A stretch of 64,000 nt of DNA from Mobula birostris (GCF_030028105.1 NC_092377.1:49602952-49666951), one strand, 5' to 3'. Positions 49,437 to 62,381 are shown, counted from the stretch's first letter. The notes: generated by a model from the letters alone, not told the origin. Numbers and translations: made by a program.

Positions 49437-50040
49437 AGTACAGCACTAACTCTGGCTCTGGCAGCCAGAGAAAGCATGATCTCCCAGTGGCCACACATTT
49501 TAATTCCACATCCCATTCCCATTCTGACATGTCTATCCACGGCCTCCTCTACTGTAAAGATGAAGCCACACTCAGTTTGGAGGAACAACATCTTATATTC
49601 CGTCTGGGTAGCCTCCAACCTGATGGCATGAACATTGACTTCTCTAACTTCTACTAATGCCCCACCACCCCCTCGTACCCCATCTGTTATTTATTTTTAT
49701 ACACACATTCTTTCTCTCACTCTCCTTTGACCCTCTGACTATACTCCTTGCCCATCCTCTGGGTCCCCCCCCCCCTTTGTCTTTCTCCCCGGGCCTCCTG
49801 TCCCATGATCCTCTCATATCCCCTTTGCCAATCACCTGTCCAGCTCTTGGCTCCATCCCTCTCCCTCCTGTCTTCTCCTATCATTTTGGATCTCCCCCTC
49901 CCCCTCCCACTTTCAAATCTCTTACTAACTCTTCCTTCAGTTAGTCCTGACGAAGGGTCTCAGCCTGAAACGTCGACTGTACCTCTTCCCAGAGATGCTG
50001 CCTGGCCTGCTGCATTCACCAGCAACTTTGATGTGTGTTG
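49437..50040 (+). mobile_element. 5'-truncated Penelope-like element with TSD
   Basis: DLPVATHFNSTSHSHSDMSIHGLLYC...LEEQHLIFRLGSLQPDGMNIDFSNF* followed by the pLTR. 11-bp TSD CAACACTAAGC (49426-49436 / 50041-50051). Confidence 0.9.
49943..49978 (+). ncRNA. Minimal type I hammerhead ribozyme motif, intact core (GUC site)
   Basis: AGTC-CTGACGA-AGGGTCTCAGCCT-GAAA-C-GTC-GACT. Confidence 0.72.
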
Positions 50041-50845
50041 CAACACTAAGCTTGAGCTTTTTCTAACAATCCACGTCTTACTTCTCAGCTGGCTTATTTT
50101 GCTCAGAATGGCCCATCTCCTACCATCCTCCCTGAATTCCAGTCTACTGGATGAGTGTTAGTTTCATTTGGCCCGATAAAGTTTTGTTACAGCACAGAAA
50201 GGGGTCAACCATCCCAGCAGGCCTGTGTCAGGTAGCTCAGCCTCTTCCAATATCCAGACCCTAGAACCTTCTGAGCCATTGATATAGACTCACATCGTTG
50301 GTATAGATCAGGTCATGCTGGAATCAAAGCCAAAGAAATCTAACAATGAATAAACCAATCTATTTCTAATTGTAGATTAAAAAAAGACTAATCCAGAAAT
50401 CGATCCAGCTTTCTGTCCTGAAAAAATGCCTATTCTATTTTTTTTAATAATCTTTTCCTCTTTCATCTTTTACTGTCCGTTCTCTTCTGCCCTCTCCCCA
50501 CCCACCTGACGGCTGTCATCTCTAACCATGTTTCTTATAATTGCTTAGGTAAATCTTTATGTTTATGTAAAGGTTAACAAACCAATTATAATTTCTGTCT
50601 GCTCTTTTGATTCCCAATGTTACACATGTATGAGCAATTCACTTGTAATGATCATGCACTGAAAATATGTGTGAATGAAGGCTTTCACCCCAATTTCCTC
50701 TTGTTTTGAACTCTGGTACTGTAAGATTAAATTCCCAGGCAACTTGACTGAAGCTAATTTTAATGATTAATATTCTTTTAGCTTACTCATTTTTTTAAAA
50801 TGGGTTTGAGTTCCTCTTCTTTAAGACTTGCTTTTTTTTTTACAG

Positions 50846-51058
50846 GAATATGAAGGGCTGGAACAGGAAAACACTGCGCTAAAAAGGGAAATAAGGAAAC
50901 TTAGTGAAGAAGTGAAACATTTATCAGATGCTTTGAAAGATCATGAACGAGTATGTCCAATGATACACTGTACCATGAACTTTATCACAACACCCAGACC
51001 TCACCCTAGCATAATCGCCAGCTGTTTATCTCATGAAGGCCAAAGTGGAGTCTCATAG
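50846..51058 (+). CDS. batf3: BATF3 exon 3 (leucine zipper and C-terminus)
   Basis: tttacag acceptor; EYEGLEQENTALKREIRKLSEEVKHLSDALKDHERVCPMIHCTMNF...ASCL (human EYESLEQENTMLRREIGKLTEELKHLTEALKEHEKMCPLLLCPMNF...AGCL). Total 130 aa. Confidence 0.95.
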   Translation, partial: EYEGLEQENTALKREIRKLSEEVKHLSDALKDHERVCPMIHCTMNFITTPRPHPSIIASCLSHEGQSGVS

Positions 51059-52264
51059 ATGGCTCAAGCAATGAAGATTTAAATTTGGTATTTTTTTAGT
51101 GAGAACTTAACATATATATTCATATTTTGAAGTATATTTGATTCTTGTATGCAGTCTATTGTCCTAAGTATTGCCTTTATGATAGTCCTAATTGTGACCT
51201 AAATGATGCTGCTGTGGTCCTGTACACTGTTTGGCCAAGCCTAAGGATACAAGTTTTGCAAGCTTATTATTCAGTGTGTACTTTTTGCTTAGCTTAAACT
51301 CACCCTATTGAACAGGAAGAAAGTATTTTGAAAACGTGCAGCTTTTTTTTTAATATCTTGGACGTTTTTGGTGGAAAAACTCCCCACAAGTCAAATGCAG
51401 CATTTGCAATTTTTTTTCAACAATTATGTACTTGAAGCATGGTTGGTACATTGGGGCACAAACTCTCAGGGATTCTAATTTGAAACACATAAGGTGGGGG
51501 GTTATATGGGAGGCAGGGTTTAAGGGTTGGCACAACATCGTGGGCCGAAGGGCCTGTACTGTGCTGTACTATTCTATGTTCTATACATAATCAAAATTTT
51601 GTTATGTTGAAACCAACACGAAAAGAAAAAAGCAGTGTTCAGTCCACTGAGAAACTGATAACTGAACAAGTTACATTTTGTGACCATGTGCCCTAGAGAA
51701 ACACTGAAACACCGCATGGGTGTTTCAATTCCTCTAAGCTTGAAGGAACCAAACTCTCAGGATTCTGCACCGAATTATTTACACAGAGCTATTTCTAAAT
51801 AGCCTAGAATTGTTCAGCTTTTATCTCATCATGGATATTAATAAGGAATACTATTCAATAGCCTCTGAATGTGGTGCCACCTTTATGTAAAATGAATTGT
51901 CTTCTTAGATTCTGAGTGGTTTACTTTCTGATGTAGATGAACTGTTTTGATGATGTTTTACAGCTAAAACACAAATGTCTGGAAGTATGAGGCCCAAAAA
52001 TTCACCCTGCACTGCCCACAGCTCCACTGAGCGAACTTACATAATGATCTATCAGCTTTCTATTCACTTATTTTGGTTGCCAATGTTCAGCTGTCCAGTG
52101 ATGAACTTTTCCACGACACCCAGACCACATTTTAATGCTTTGAACAATTAATATTTAAAATCTCATCCCACTATTTAATGGGCTAACAATTCCACTTTCA
52201 AAGAAACAAGAGGAAATTCTAATGCATTTGTGAAGAGTTCACATAATGATTATCTTGAGCCTTA

Positions 52265-52776
52265 AGCCTGATTTATACTTCTGCTTCAACTCGATGCCGT
52301 AGGTACTGCGTCGCTGCAAACCCTACACAAAGCCTACGCGGATCCCTACGCCAGAGCCTGACGCGCACCTCTCCCAAAACGTAACTGCACGTCGCAGCAA
52401 CACAGACCGCAACAACTGTGATTGGTCCACTTGGTAGCATCGCATCTCCTCCTACACTGCAATAGCTTCCCATTGGCCGACTGAAGGGCAGGGAAGGAAC
52501 TCTGGCTGCAATGCTTTCCATAAAGCTTTACAGACCTCTGAAATTATGGACACATTTCGCTTTTACGAAAAAAAACGCTCGCTTTAAACTTGTTTACCCC
52601 GAGAAAGACTTCCATGACCATGAAGCCTTGCGGGGGCAGGTGTGTGCGCATGCACGACGTGCACGAATTGCAGAGCAACGCAGACACACCAACACACAAG
52701 TATAAATGCTCACAACGCATGTCGGTCACTTGCGTAGGTTCCCACGTGGAGTTGATGCAGAAGTATAAATCAGGCT
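52265..52776. mobile_element. PIF/Harbinger-type MITE
   Basis: Perfect 20-bp TIR AGCCTGATTTATACTTCTGC. 3-bp TTA TSD on both sides. CpG-rich interior. Confidence 0.85.
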
Positions 52777-55339
52777 TTAGTAGAGCCATATGGCACAAAC
52801 TGTTACATTTCGATTATCTGTTGTATTTTTTAATATGTGTGAATGATTATGTGGCTTTCATTGGATTACATCGATTGCTGTGTTTTTATGCCTGCTATCA
52901 GCAAAATGACCTCATGTGACCTCGATTAAATTGAAAAAGCAGGTAATGTATTAGATATTGCTCAGTGGTCTGCAATCATGATGCAGCTGCTTAAATGATG
53001 AGGAGTGCATCTGATTGTAGTCAACTGGTAGAATGAATTCTTTCTCTGCCTCCCCAAGGATTGATCAGCCCATCACTGCATCAAAAATCTTTGCAAGGTG
53101 CAGAGTGGAAACTTGCCTCACCTAGGTAAGAGAGTGCAAAACAAGGTTGATTGCCAAAGTAGTTGGTCTCATCCCAAAAAATTTCTTTTGTTCTCTGAAA
53201 TTTGTAGAATAAGTAGAAAATGTGAGGAAGAAGTCAGCTCATTCTGACTTTGTAGATGCATAAACACACAAAGTTTACTTCAAACCTCACAGAGAAGCAT
53301 CCAAGTAAAACTGTCCAATTGCAATCTGAGTGATGATGCCTACAAAACAATATGCTTTGGTGGCTATTTCTGCCTTCATCAATTTTTGTACATAAATATA
53401 CTTTGGCTTCAATCAGTGTCTTAAACATGCTTTCTGCAATTTGACGGTTATCTGGAGTATCAACTATTTTCATCTTTGAAGCCTATTTGATTCTGATAAG
53501 TCTTGAACAGGAAGGGTACACAGGGTGTGAATAGAATCTTTTTTTGTGTGCGAGCATCTAGAGCCAGGGGTCAATGTTTGACAATAAGGAGTCACTTAGT
53601 GAAGGCAGATATGAGGGTTTTTATTTCCTCGAATGGTTGTGAGTTTTCTGAATAAACTTCCTTGTAAAGCAGTGGGAGAAGTGTCTTTTACTATTTTTGC
53701 CCTAAAAGGCGGCGGTAAGCAGGCATTGAGAAGTTTTTGGAGATGGGCACTAATGCAGAGTTCAGGTTCCAGTTAGATCATCCATGACATATGGCAGAGC
53801 AAGCATGACAAGCAGAGTTAACTTGCTGCTAGTCCTTGATCCTATATCGCAAGCCCTCTGCATTCCAATTTGATCTACTTTTAATGAAAATGGTCTAGAA
53901 ATTTTTGGGGAAAGTATCTCACACCTAAAGGTTTGCTAATTGTGTCTGAATTATAAGGCATTAACAATACCCCAAATTACTGTGATACTGCATTTACGAT
54001 ATTTACAATATTTGGCCGGTTCCTGCTTCAAGGTAAGGGTAAGTATGTCAAATGCTTGGAATTTCAGAAACCCACCTAGATACTCATGACAGAAGTCATG
54101 GAATGTACCCTGACGCTATCCAATGGCACGACATATGTTCCTGGGGTTATGCCAAGGACTGATCAGTTGGGCTCCAGTCTGTCCTGCCAGCAGTCTCTGA
54201 TAGCAATCCTGACAGGACGTAAAAGACTCTGAAGTGTGTCTGTCATGTCATGCGAGGCCCACTAGCCCATTTTTCATCATCCTCCCTATCGAAGTCCAGT
54301 GATCATTTGACGCTTGAAGTCTGAGCTGAACCAGTTTCTAGGTGTAGCATCTTGTAAGAGGAAATCAGAGAATAGTTAAAACAGCTGAAGATGAAGACTG
54401 TAGAGGGTGGTGCTGTCAAACAGGATTGCTCGATTCTGTAGACTGAGTAGCCTGATCCTCCACTATAAGCTTCTGTAATTCTATGAAGATAGCATCAGTA
54501 TTTGGAGCAGCAGCTAAGCAAAACTACCACTGGATGTGCCAACTTGTTAGCAGTTGATGAACTCACTGCGGATTTGCAACTCTGCATCTTTCTGCCTGCT
54601 GCCCCAAAGCCTAGTTAAACAATTCTCACTGTCATCTCCAAGTAGATTCTGATCATTTGTTCAATTCAATACCATCTACCCTCTTCAGTATTTGGAGATT
54701 ATTTATGTAATTCAGAATAATTTGATTGAATTACTACAATTCTACATAATTAAGTATTCAGTGACATTTTATTGATAATCTTTTAAATGCACAAATAAGA
54801 CCTAATTTTAAAATGTTCTTCACAATAAACTGTTGAATCATTTCAATTATTTGTGGTGAGTTATGGTGATGAGTTATATGTAAACTGTGTTTCTCCCTTC
54901 TATTCTTACTCTTCAAATATTCTTATTATTAAGCTATTGAATTAGATAAAGGCAACTCGATTGATTTCTTAAACGCTCATCAATAGATTAAAAAAGATAA
55001 ATTCTTCAAAAGCTTAAATCTTATTGAAGCTTTCAATGAGTTTCTGTTAGATTTTTCTCGTGAATGTTCATTTTGAAACTGATGTAAAAAAATTATTTCA
55101 TTTCGATATATCCTTTCAGTTGTGTGTAAAACTGCATTCAATGGATTTAATATAAATATGGAGGATAATAATGAATGATTATGTTAAGTTTTGGCTGTTG
55201 CCGCTCAACTAGGCATCAGGAGCAACAGAGTAACGTCACAGAATTGTTCCTTTAAATTTCACAGGAATGTGAATTCTTCTTTTCAGGAAACGGAGTAGTA
55301 TGCTGTTATGATTGCATTTAACATGTAAGCTCAATAGTA

Positions 55340-55600
55340 TTTATTTATATATTTATTGAGATAGAGCACAGACAGCTCCTTGCTGTCCATCAGGCTATGC
55401 TGCCCAGCAACCTCTGATTTAACCCTTATCTAATCACGGGACAATTTACAATAACCGATTGCCCTACCAACCCTCACATCTTTGGACTGGAGCACCTGGA
55501 GAAAACCCATGTAGCCACAGGGAGAAAGCACAAACTCCGCCAGACAGCAGCAGGAATTGAACCCGGGTCACGGCTACTGTAAAACATACTGTGCCAGGCC
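55340..55600 (-). mobile_element. V-SINE (HE1-like)
   Basis: Antisense V-domain (tttggactggagcacctggagaaaacccatgtagccacagggagaa) and B-box-like gaattgaacccggg. Confidence 0.7.
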
Positions 55601-55819
55601 TTAAGGCTCATCAAAAGCCTCAGGTATTCTTACTTGAGGTTCTGATGAATTACCTACACATGAGATTCATCATACAGTAAATTCACAGATGCGGATAGAA
55701 TAGTCGTTATGGAATGCAAACAGTTATGTTCCAATACATCTAGCAACACAGTTTAAGGGTTTGACGTTCATTCTCATGATTCCAAACATTTTCTCGCAGA
55801 AGCATAGTTCAAAGGCGAA

Positions 55820-56345
55820 ATTGAGTTTATTGTCATAAACACAAGTACGTGTCTGCACAGTTGCAATGAAAAACTTAGCTTGCAGCAGTATCACGGGCAC
55901 ATGGCATCACAAAAGTAGCATTCACAGGAAAAATAAAACAAATTATATATAAATTTTATGAGAAAGAATAGAATTACAGCAAAAGAAGTCCATTGTAAAT
56001 TGATTAAAGTGGTCAAGAGTGTTGCTAAGCTTAGTGATTACCATTGTGCCAATTAGTTCAAGGACCAAAATGGTGGAAGGAAAGTAGCTGCTCTTGAACA
56101 TGTTGGTATGGGTCTCCAGGCTTCTGTACCCCTTGCCCAACGGTGGCTGTGAAAAGATGGCATTGATCTTTGATGCATCCTGTAGGTACTACCAATGATG
56201 GAGAGGGATGTGCGTCGGGCAGTGTATGCATTTAAATCTGAATCGGAGTGCACTAGTCTCTTCAGCTCATGTTCCCACACATTTAAATTGTCAGACCAGG
56301 CCATGATGCAACCAGGCAGGGCACTTCCAACAGTACATCTGGAAC
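55820..56345 (-). mobile_element. Rex/Babar LINE 3' fragment
   Basis: GKGYRSLETHTNMFKSSYFP and a GACAATAAACTCAA tail. Confidence 0.65.
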
Positions 56346-57559
56346 TTTAAGTGTTTGATTACAAACTAAACTCCCTTATTCTCACAGGAACTACTGCAAA
56401 TTTTTATTGTATAGAATTTGCATGCAATAACAATAGTGATTGTTTGGTTAGGCAGGAATATTCTGAGAACAGCTTCTAGTGTTATGAAATTTTCTTCAAA
56501 CTGTCATTTTTGTTAGTCAGCATGATACTGTTGAATTAATATTAATTTTCCTCATTCCAGGCAGTAATATAACATTTAAATTTGATAATGAAGCTTTCTC
56601 TGTGAATGTATGTTGTTTGTGGGTGTTAACGTTCATTTAAGGCACTGCATCCACAGGTATCATCAGCAGGTGAAATTTGCCTTGACTGATCAGCAGAAGA
56701 TTAGCATTGCTCAGGTGAATTTCTGATTGACATGTCACTGTGTATACCAGACTGTTTATGATTAAATTATGCTGGGATCTACAAATGTGGGAGCAGTTAA
56801 CATTTCAGGTTGAAGACCACATTGTCAGAACATCAAACTGGAGAGAGAGAGTTGCGGGGGAGGGGAGGGAATGGATGGGGAAAAGGAAATGTTTATAAAA
56901 AGGTGAGTTTAGTCTTGCTGTGGGAATAAACTAGACACGAACGTTCAGTTGATAAATGTTTAAGAAAGAGATCACATATAAATGAACAGAACACATCAGT
57001 TACAGAGAGAGAAAACTGTAAAATCTGCAAACTGCTTGACAGGCCAGATGGTGCTAAATGCCAAAAGAAAATGGAGCCAATGTCACAGATAAATGAGAAG
57101 CAGGCAACAGTGGAAGAGACAGAGAAACTGAGTCAGGGCTAGTATAGAATGTGATATTGAGTGCACATGGCTGCAATGTGTCCAAGTGAAAAATGAGATC
57201 CTGATCTTCAAGGCTATGTTAGGATTCAATGTAATAGAGCCAAAGACAGGTCAGAGTGGTGGTTGGATGGAGAAATAAAGTGACAATAATCTCCATTTAG
57301 TATAGCAGATTGTGAGTTGCAGATATAATATTCTAACTTGTCTGTACGGATGCCAACAAGTGCTTCACCTGGAAGGAGTGTTTGCAGGTAAGGACTGTTA
57401 CTTCTGGAAAAGGAGTTGAACATTTTGCAATCACCAGCAATAGTCTGGTCAATGGTGCAAATAAAAGCCCCTGGAAAATCTGGATGTTGCAAAAGGAGAA
57501 TGTGAAAAGATGGAAATCCTATTGTCTGGAGAATGTACAGTGAGCATGTTATGGGATAT

Positions 57560-59622
57560 AGAAGAGCAGTCAGAGAAATTTTCAAATGGAAGAAGGACAC
57601 TACCATGGCTGACAGGTGAAGTCAGAGCCAAAGTAAAAGCAAAAGAGAGGGCATACAAGGAAGCCAAAGCTAGTGGGAAGATAGAGGATTGGGAAGCTTT
57701 TAAAAACTTGAAGGAAACCAAGAAGGTTATTAGGAAGGAAAAGATGAATTATGAAAAGAAGCTGGTGACTAATATCAAAGAAGATACTAAAAGCTTTTTT
57801 TAAGTATATAAAGGGGAAAAGAGAGTTGAGGGTAGATATAGGACCAATAGAAAATGATGCTGGAGATATTGTAATGAGAGATGCAGAGATGGCAGAGGAA
57901 CTGAATATGTATTTTGCATCAGTCTTCACAGTGGAAGACCTGCAGTTTACAGGACATTCAAGAGTGTCAGGGAAGTGAAGTATGTGCTGTGAAAATTACG
58001 ACTGAGAAAGTGTTCAGGAAGCTTAATGGTCTGAGGGTGGATAAATCTCCTGGACCTGATGGAATGCACCCTCAGGTTCTGAAGGAAGTAGCTGGAGAGA
58101 TTGCAAAGGCATTAACAATGATCTTTCAAGAATCGATAGATTCTGGCATTGTATTGGATGATTGGAAAATTGCAAATGTTACTCTGCTATTTAGGAAGGG
58201 TGGGAGGCAGCAGAAAGGAAACTATAGACCCGTTAGCCTGACATCAGTGGTTGGGAAGTTGTTGGAATCAATTGTTAGGAATGAGATTACGGAACACCTG
58301 GAGGCATATGACAAGATAGGCCAAAGCCAGCATGGTTTCCTGAAAGGAAAATCCTGCCAGACTAACCTACTGCACATTTTGGAGGAATGTAGACAAACAG
58401 GGTAGACAAAAGAGATGCAGTAGTTGTGGTGTACTTGGATTTTCAGAAGTGCTTTGACAAGGTTCCACACATGAGGCTGCTTAGCAAGATAAGAGCCCAT
58501 GGAATTACAGGGAAGCTGCTAGCATGGGTGATCAGCGGAAGACAGAGAGTGGGAATAAAGGGATCCTATTCTGGCTGGCTGCCGGTTACCAGTGGAATTC
58601 CACAAGGGCCGGTGTTGGGACTGCTGCTTTTTATGGTGTATGTCAATGATTTGGACTATGGGATTAATGGATTTCTGGCTAACTTTGCTGGTGATACAAA
58701 GATAGGTGGAGGAGTGGGTAGTGTTGAGGAAACAGAGAACCTACAGAGAGACTTAGATAGTTTAGGGGAATGGGCAAAGAAGTGGCAAATGAAGTACAAT
58801 ACTGGAAAGTGTACAGTCATGCACATTGGTGGAAGGAATAAATGAGCAGACTATTACTTAGATGGGGAGAGAATTCAAAATGCAGAGATGCAAAGGGACT
58901 TTGGAGTCCTTGTGCAGGATACCCTAAAAGTTAACCTCCAAGTTGAGTTGGTGCTGAAGAAGGCAAATGCAATGTAGGCATTCATTTCTAGAGGTATAGA
59001 ATATAAGAGCAGGGATGTGATATTGAGGCTCTATAAGGCACTTGTGAGACCACACTTGGAGTATTGTGTGCAATTTTGGGCTCCTTATTTTAGAAAGGAT
59101 ATATTGACATTGGAGAGGGTTCAGAGAAGATTGACTAGAATGATTCCAGGAATGAATGGGTTACCGTATGAGGAATGTCTGGCAGCTCTTGGGCTGTATT
59201 CCCTGGAGTTCAGGAGAATGAGGGGGGGGGGATCTCATAGAAACATTCCAAATGTTAAAAGGCCTGAACAGATTAGATATGGCAAAGTTATTTCCCATGG
59301 TAGGGGAGTCTAGGACAAGAGGGCATGACTTCAGGATTGAAGGACGTCCATTTAGAACAGAGATGCAGAGAAATTAGTCAGAGGGTGGTAAACCTGTGGA
59401 ATTTGTTGCCACGAGCAGTTGTGGAGGCCAAGCCGTTGGGTGCATTTAGGGCAGAGCTAGATAGGTTCTTGATTAGCCAGAGTATCAAAGGGTATAAGGA
59501 GAAGGCAGGGAAGTGGGGATGACTGGAAGAATTGGATCGGCCCATGATTGAATGGCAGAGGAGATGCGATATGCCGAATGGCCTAATTCTGTGCCTATAT
59601 TTTATGGTCTGATGATCTTATG
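57560..59622 (+). mobile_element. CR1 ORF2 (RT) 3' half, disabled
   Basis: PWLT, KSPGPDGMHP, NYRPVSLT, YLDFQKCFD and LEYCVQFWAP motifs, plus a CR1 3' end. Confidence 0.93.
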
Positions 59623-59813
59623 ACAAGTTCTAATTTCTCCAGAATCACTCAGCTCCAGAGCACATCACAAGGTTGGTCCAAATATTGACCAAAGATCTGA
59701 ATTCCAGAAATGAGATGAGGGTGCCAGCCTTTGACATCAAGGCAGCATTTCACAAAGTGTTGCATCAAGAGCACTTGGAGAAATAGCTATTGAGTGGAAA
59801 ACGTTCAGAATCA

Positions 59814-60000
59814 AACAACAGGAATTCTGCAGATGCTGGAAATTCAAGCAACACACATCAAAGTTGCTGGTGAATGCAGCAGGCCAGGCAGCATCTCTAG
59901 GTCCTGACGAAGGGTCTCGGTCTGGAACGTCAACTGCACCTCTTCCTAGAGATGCTGCCTGGCCTGCTGCATTCACCAGCAACTTTGATGTGTGTTGTTG
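59814..60000. mobile_element. Fold-back Penelope pLTR insertion
   Basis: Inverted arms flank a hammerhead with a GGAA substitution. 14-bp TSD AACGTTCAGAATCA (59800-59813 / 60001-60014). Confidence 0.85.
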
Positions 60001-60004
60001 AACG

Positions 60005-61480
60005 TTCAGAATCAGATTTATTGTCAGACATACGTCATGAAATATGTTCTTCTCCAGCAACTGTACAGTGCAAATACATAAAAATTGCTATAGATCACAA
60101 AAGAATATATATAAAAAAAAAGTACAAAAAGAGAGTAAGATGTGAGGTTGTGTTCATGGGTTCAGGGACCATTCAGAAATCTGATGGCAGACAAGAAGAA
60201 GCTGTTCTTAAATCATTGTGTGTGTTTCATCAGGCTCCTGCACTTCCTCTTTCGTGGTAGTAATGAGAAGAGGGTGTGTCCTGGATGGTGAGAGCCCTTC
60301 ATGATTGATGCCACCTTCTTGAGGTATCTCCTTTTGAAGATATTGTCAACAATGGAGAAGCTAGTTTCCAAGATGGACCTGGCTGAGTTTACGAACTCTT
60401 TTGATCCTGTGCAATGGTGCTTGCATACCAGAGGGTGGTGTAAACAGTCAGAATGCTCTCCAGAGTATATCTGTAGAAACTTGCTGGAATCCCAGGTGAC
60501 AGACCAAATCTCCCCCCAATTCCAATGAAGTATATCTGCTGGCATGCTTTCTTTGTAATTGCATCATTATGATAGATCTTCTGAGATGCTGACACCCAGA
60601 AACTTGAAACTGCTTCCTCTTTCCTATTCTGATTCTGAGGATTGTTGTGTGGTCTCCTGACTTCCACCTTCCTGAGGCTCACAATCAATTCCTTTGTCTT
60701 ACTGACATGGGGTACATGGTTCTTATAGTAGAACCACTCAACCAGCCAATCTATCTCATTCCATGCCTTCTCATCACCATAGGAAATGCTGTCAACACAG
60801 TTGTTTCATCAGCAAATTTCTGGATGGCATCTGAGCTGTGCCTAGCCACACAGCCACGAGAGTGGAGCAGTGGGCTAAGCATGAATCCCTGAGATCTGCC
60901 TGTGTTAATGGTCAGTGAGGAGGAAATGTCATTTCTGATCCACACCAACTATGGTCTCCCGATGAAGAAGTCAAGGATCCAGTAGCACAGAGAAGTACAG
61001 AGGCCCAAGTTGATTAATAACGAGGGGATTATGGTGTTGAACACTGAACTGTAATCAATAAATAGCAGCCTGACGTTGGTTTTGCTGTTGTCCAGAGGGT
61101 CCAAGGCCGAGTAGAGAGCCGATGTGATTGCGTCTGCTGTATACCAGTTGTTACCATAGGCAAATTTGAATGGGTCCAAGTCCTTTCTCAGGCAGGAGTT
61201 AATTCTAGTCATGACCAACCTCTCAAGGTGCTTCATTACAGTGGATGAGAGTGCTATCAGGTGATAGTTGTTGAGGCAGTTCACCCTGTTCTTCTTGGAC
61301 AACAGTTTGATTGATGACCTTTTGAAGCAGGTGGGAACCTCTGACTTCTGCAGGGAGAGGTTGAAGATGTCTTTGAACACTCCAACTAGTTGGTTAATCC
61401 AGGTTTTAACTCTCTTGAAAGATGTTCTGATGTTGGTCTCAGTCAGATATCACAGAGTCGCCAGATGCTGCAGGGATCCA
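60005..61480 (-). mobile_element. Rex/Babar LINE RT fragment
   Basis: FKDIFNLSLQKSEVPTCFK, VRLLFIDYSSVFNTI, QKFADETT and HPGHTLFSLLP motifs; GACAATAAATCTGATTCTG tail. Confidence 0.88.
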
Positions 61481-62381
61481 CACAGGTATCATTTTATTCT
61501 CTTTTTCAAACTATGACTGGTTGGATGACCAATTGTTATCAGTGATTATCAGAGCCAATGGTTAGATGCTATCTCATAGAGAACATGCTTACTGTGGTCA
61601 TCAAAGGCATTAAAGTTCTTAGCCACAGGCCATTACTGCAAACATTCCTCAATCTAATATCCTAAGACAGCCATCTTTCACCAGAAGGTGAGAAGTGGAG
61701 ATATTTGCTGATGATTGTGTGGTATTCCATTCCATTTGCAAGTGAAGCAGTCTACATTCTGCAAACAGCAAGAAAATATTCATTATAGGGCTAATATGAG
61801 TAATGAAACGTGTAGTCAAAGTTGCCAGGGAGTCACTGATAATTATAAAAATATTCAATTAATAATAACATAGAATGAATATACACATTCTTTTTTTTAA
61901 TTTATTGTTTCATCTTTTCAGGGTTTGTTAAAGAACCTGGCATTCAACTCTGTTTTTGTCCATTACTACTTGGTTTCCTTCTCCTCCGTGGAAAAGGCTG
62001 CCAATATGATGATATCATTTATAACCTTACAAATGCTTTTGGAATTGTAGTTGTTTTTTCCTGCCTAGGTACAATCTCACATAGGTGTTTCTTTGCATAT
62101 CTATATATACCCTGGATTTATGGGAAAAATGCTAATAAGCAGATCTTTTAATACCTGCTAGCAGCCAATTGGGTCAAAATCCTGCCCATACTGGAAAATG
62201 GAAGTTTTTGTATCAGTAAATTACAATTTAACTATCTTTTTAACCGCCTGTCAAGACATCATCTTTTCCATTTCCTCCACCACCACCAGTTTTTTCTTGG
62301 TTTTTTATTTCATATTTTCAGTGCTCAAAATTATTTTGTTTTATCTTCAATATCTATCTCCAGTTTATAATTCATTAATTT

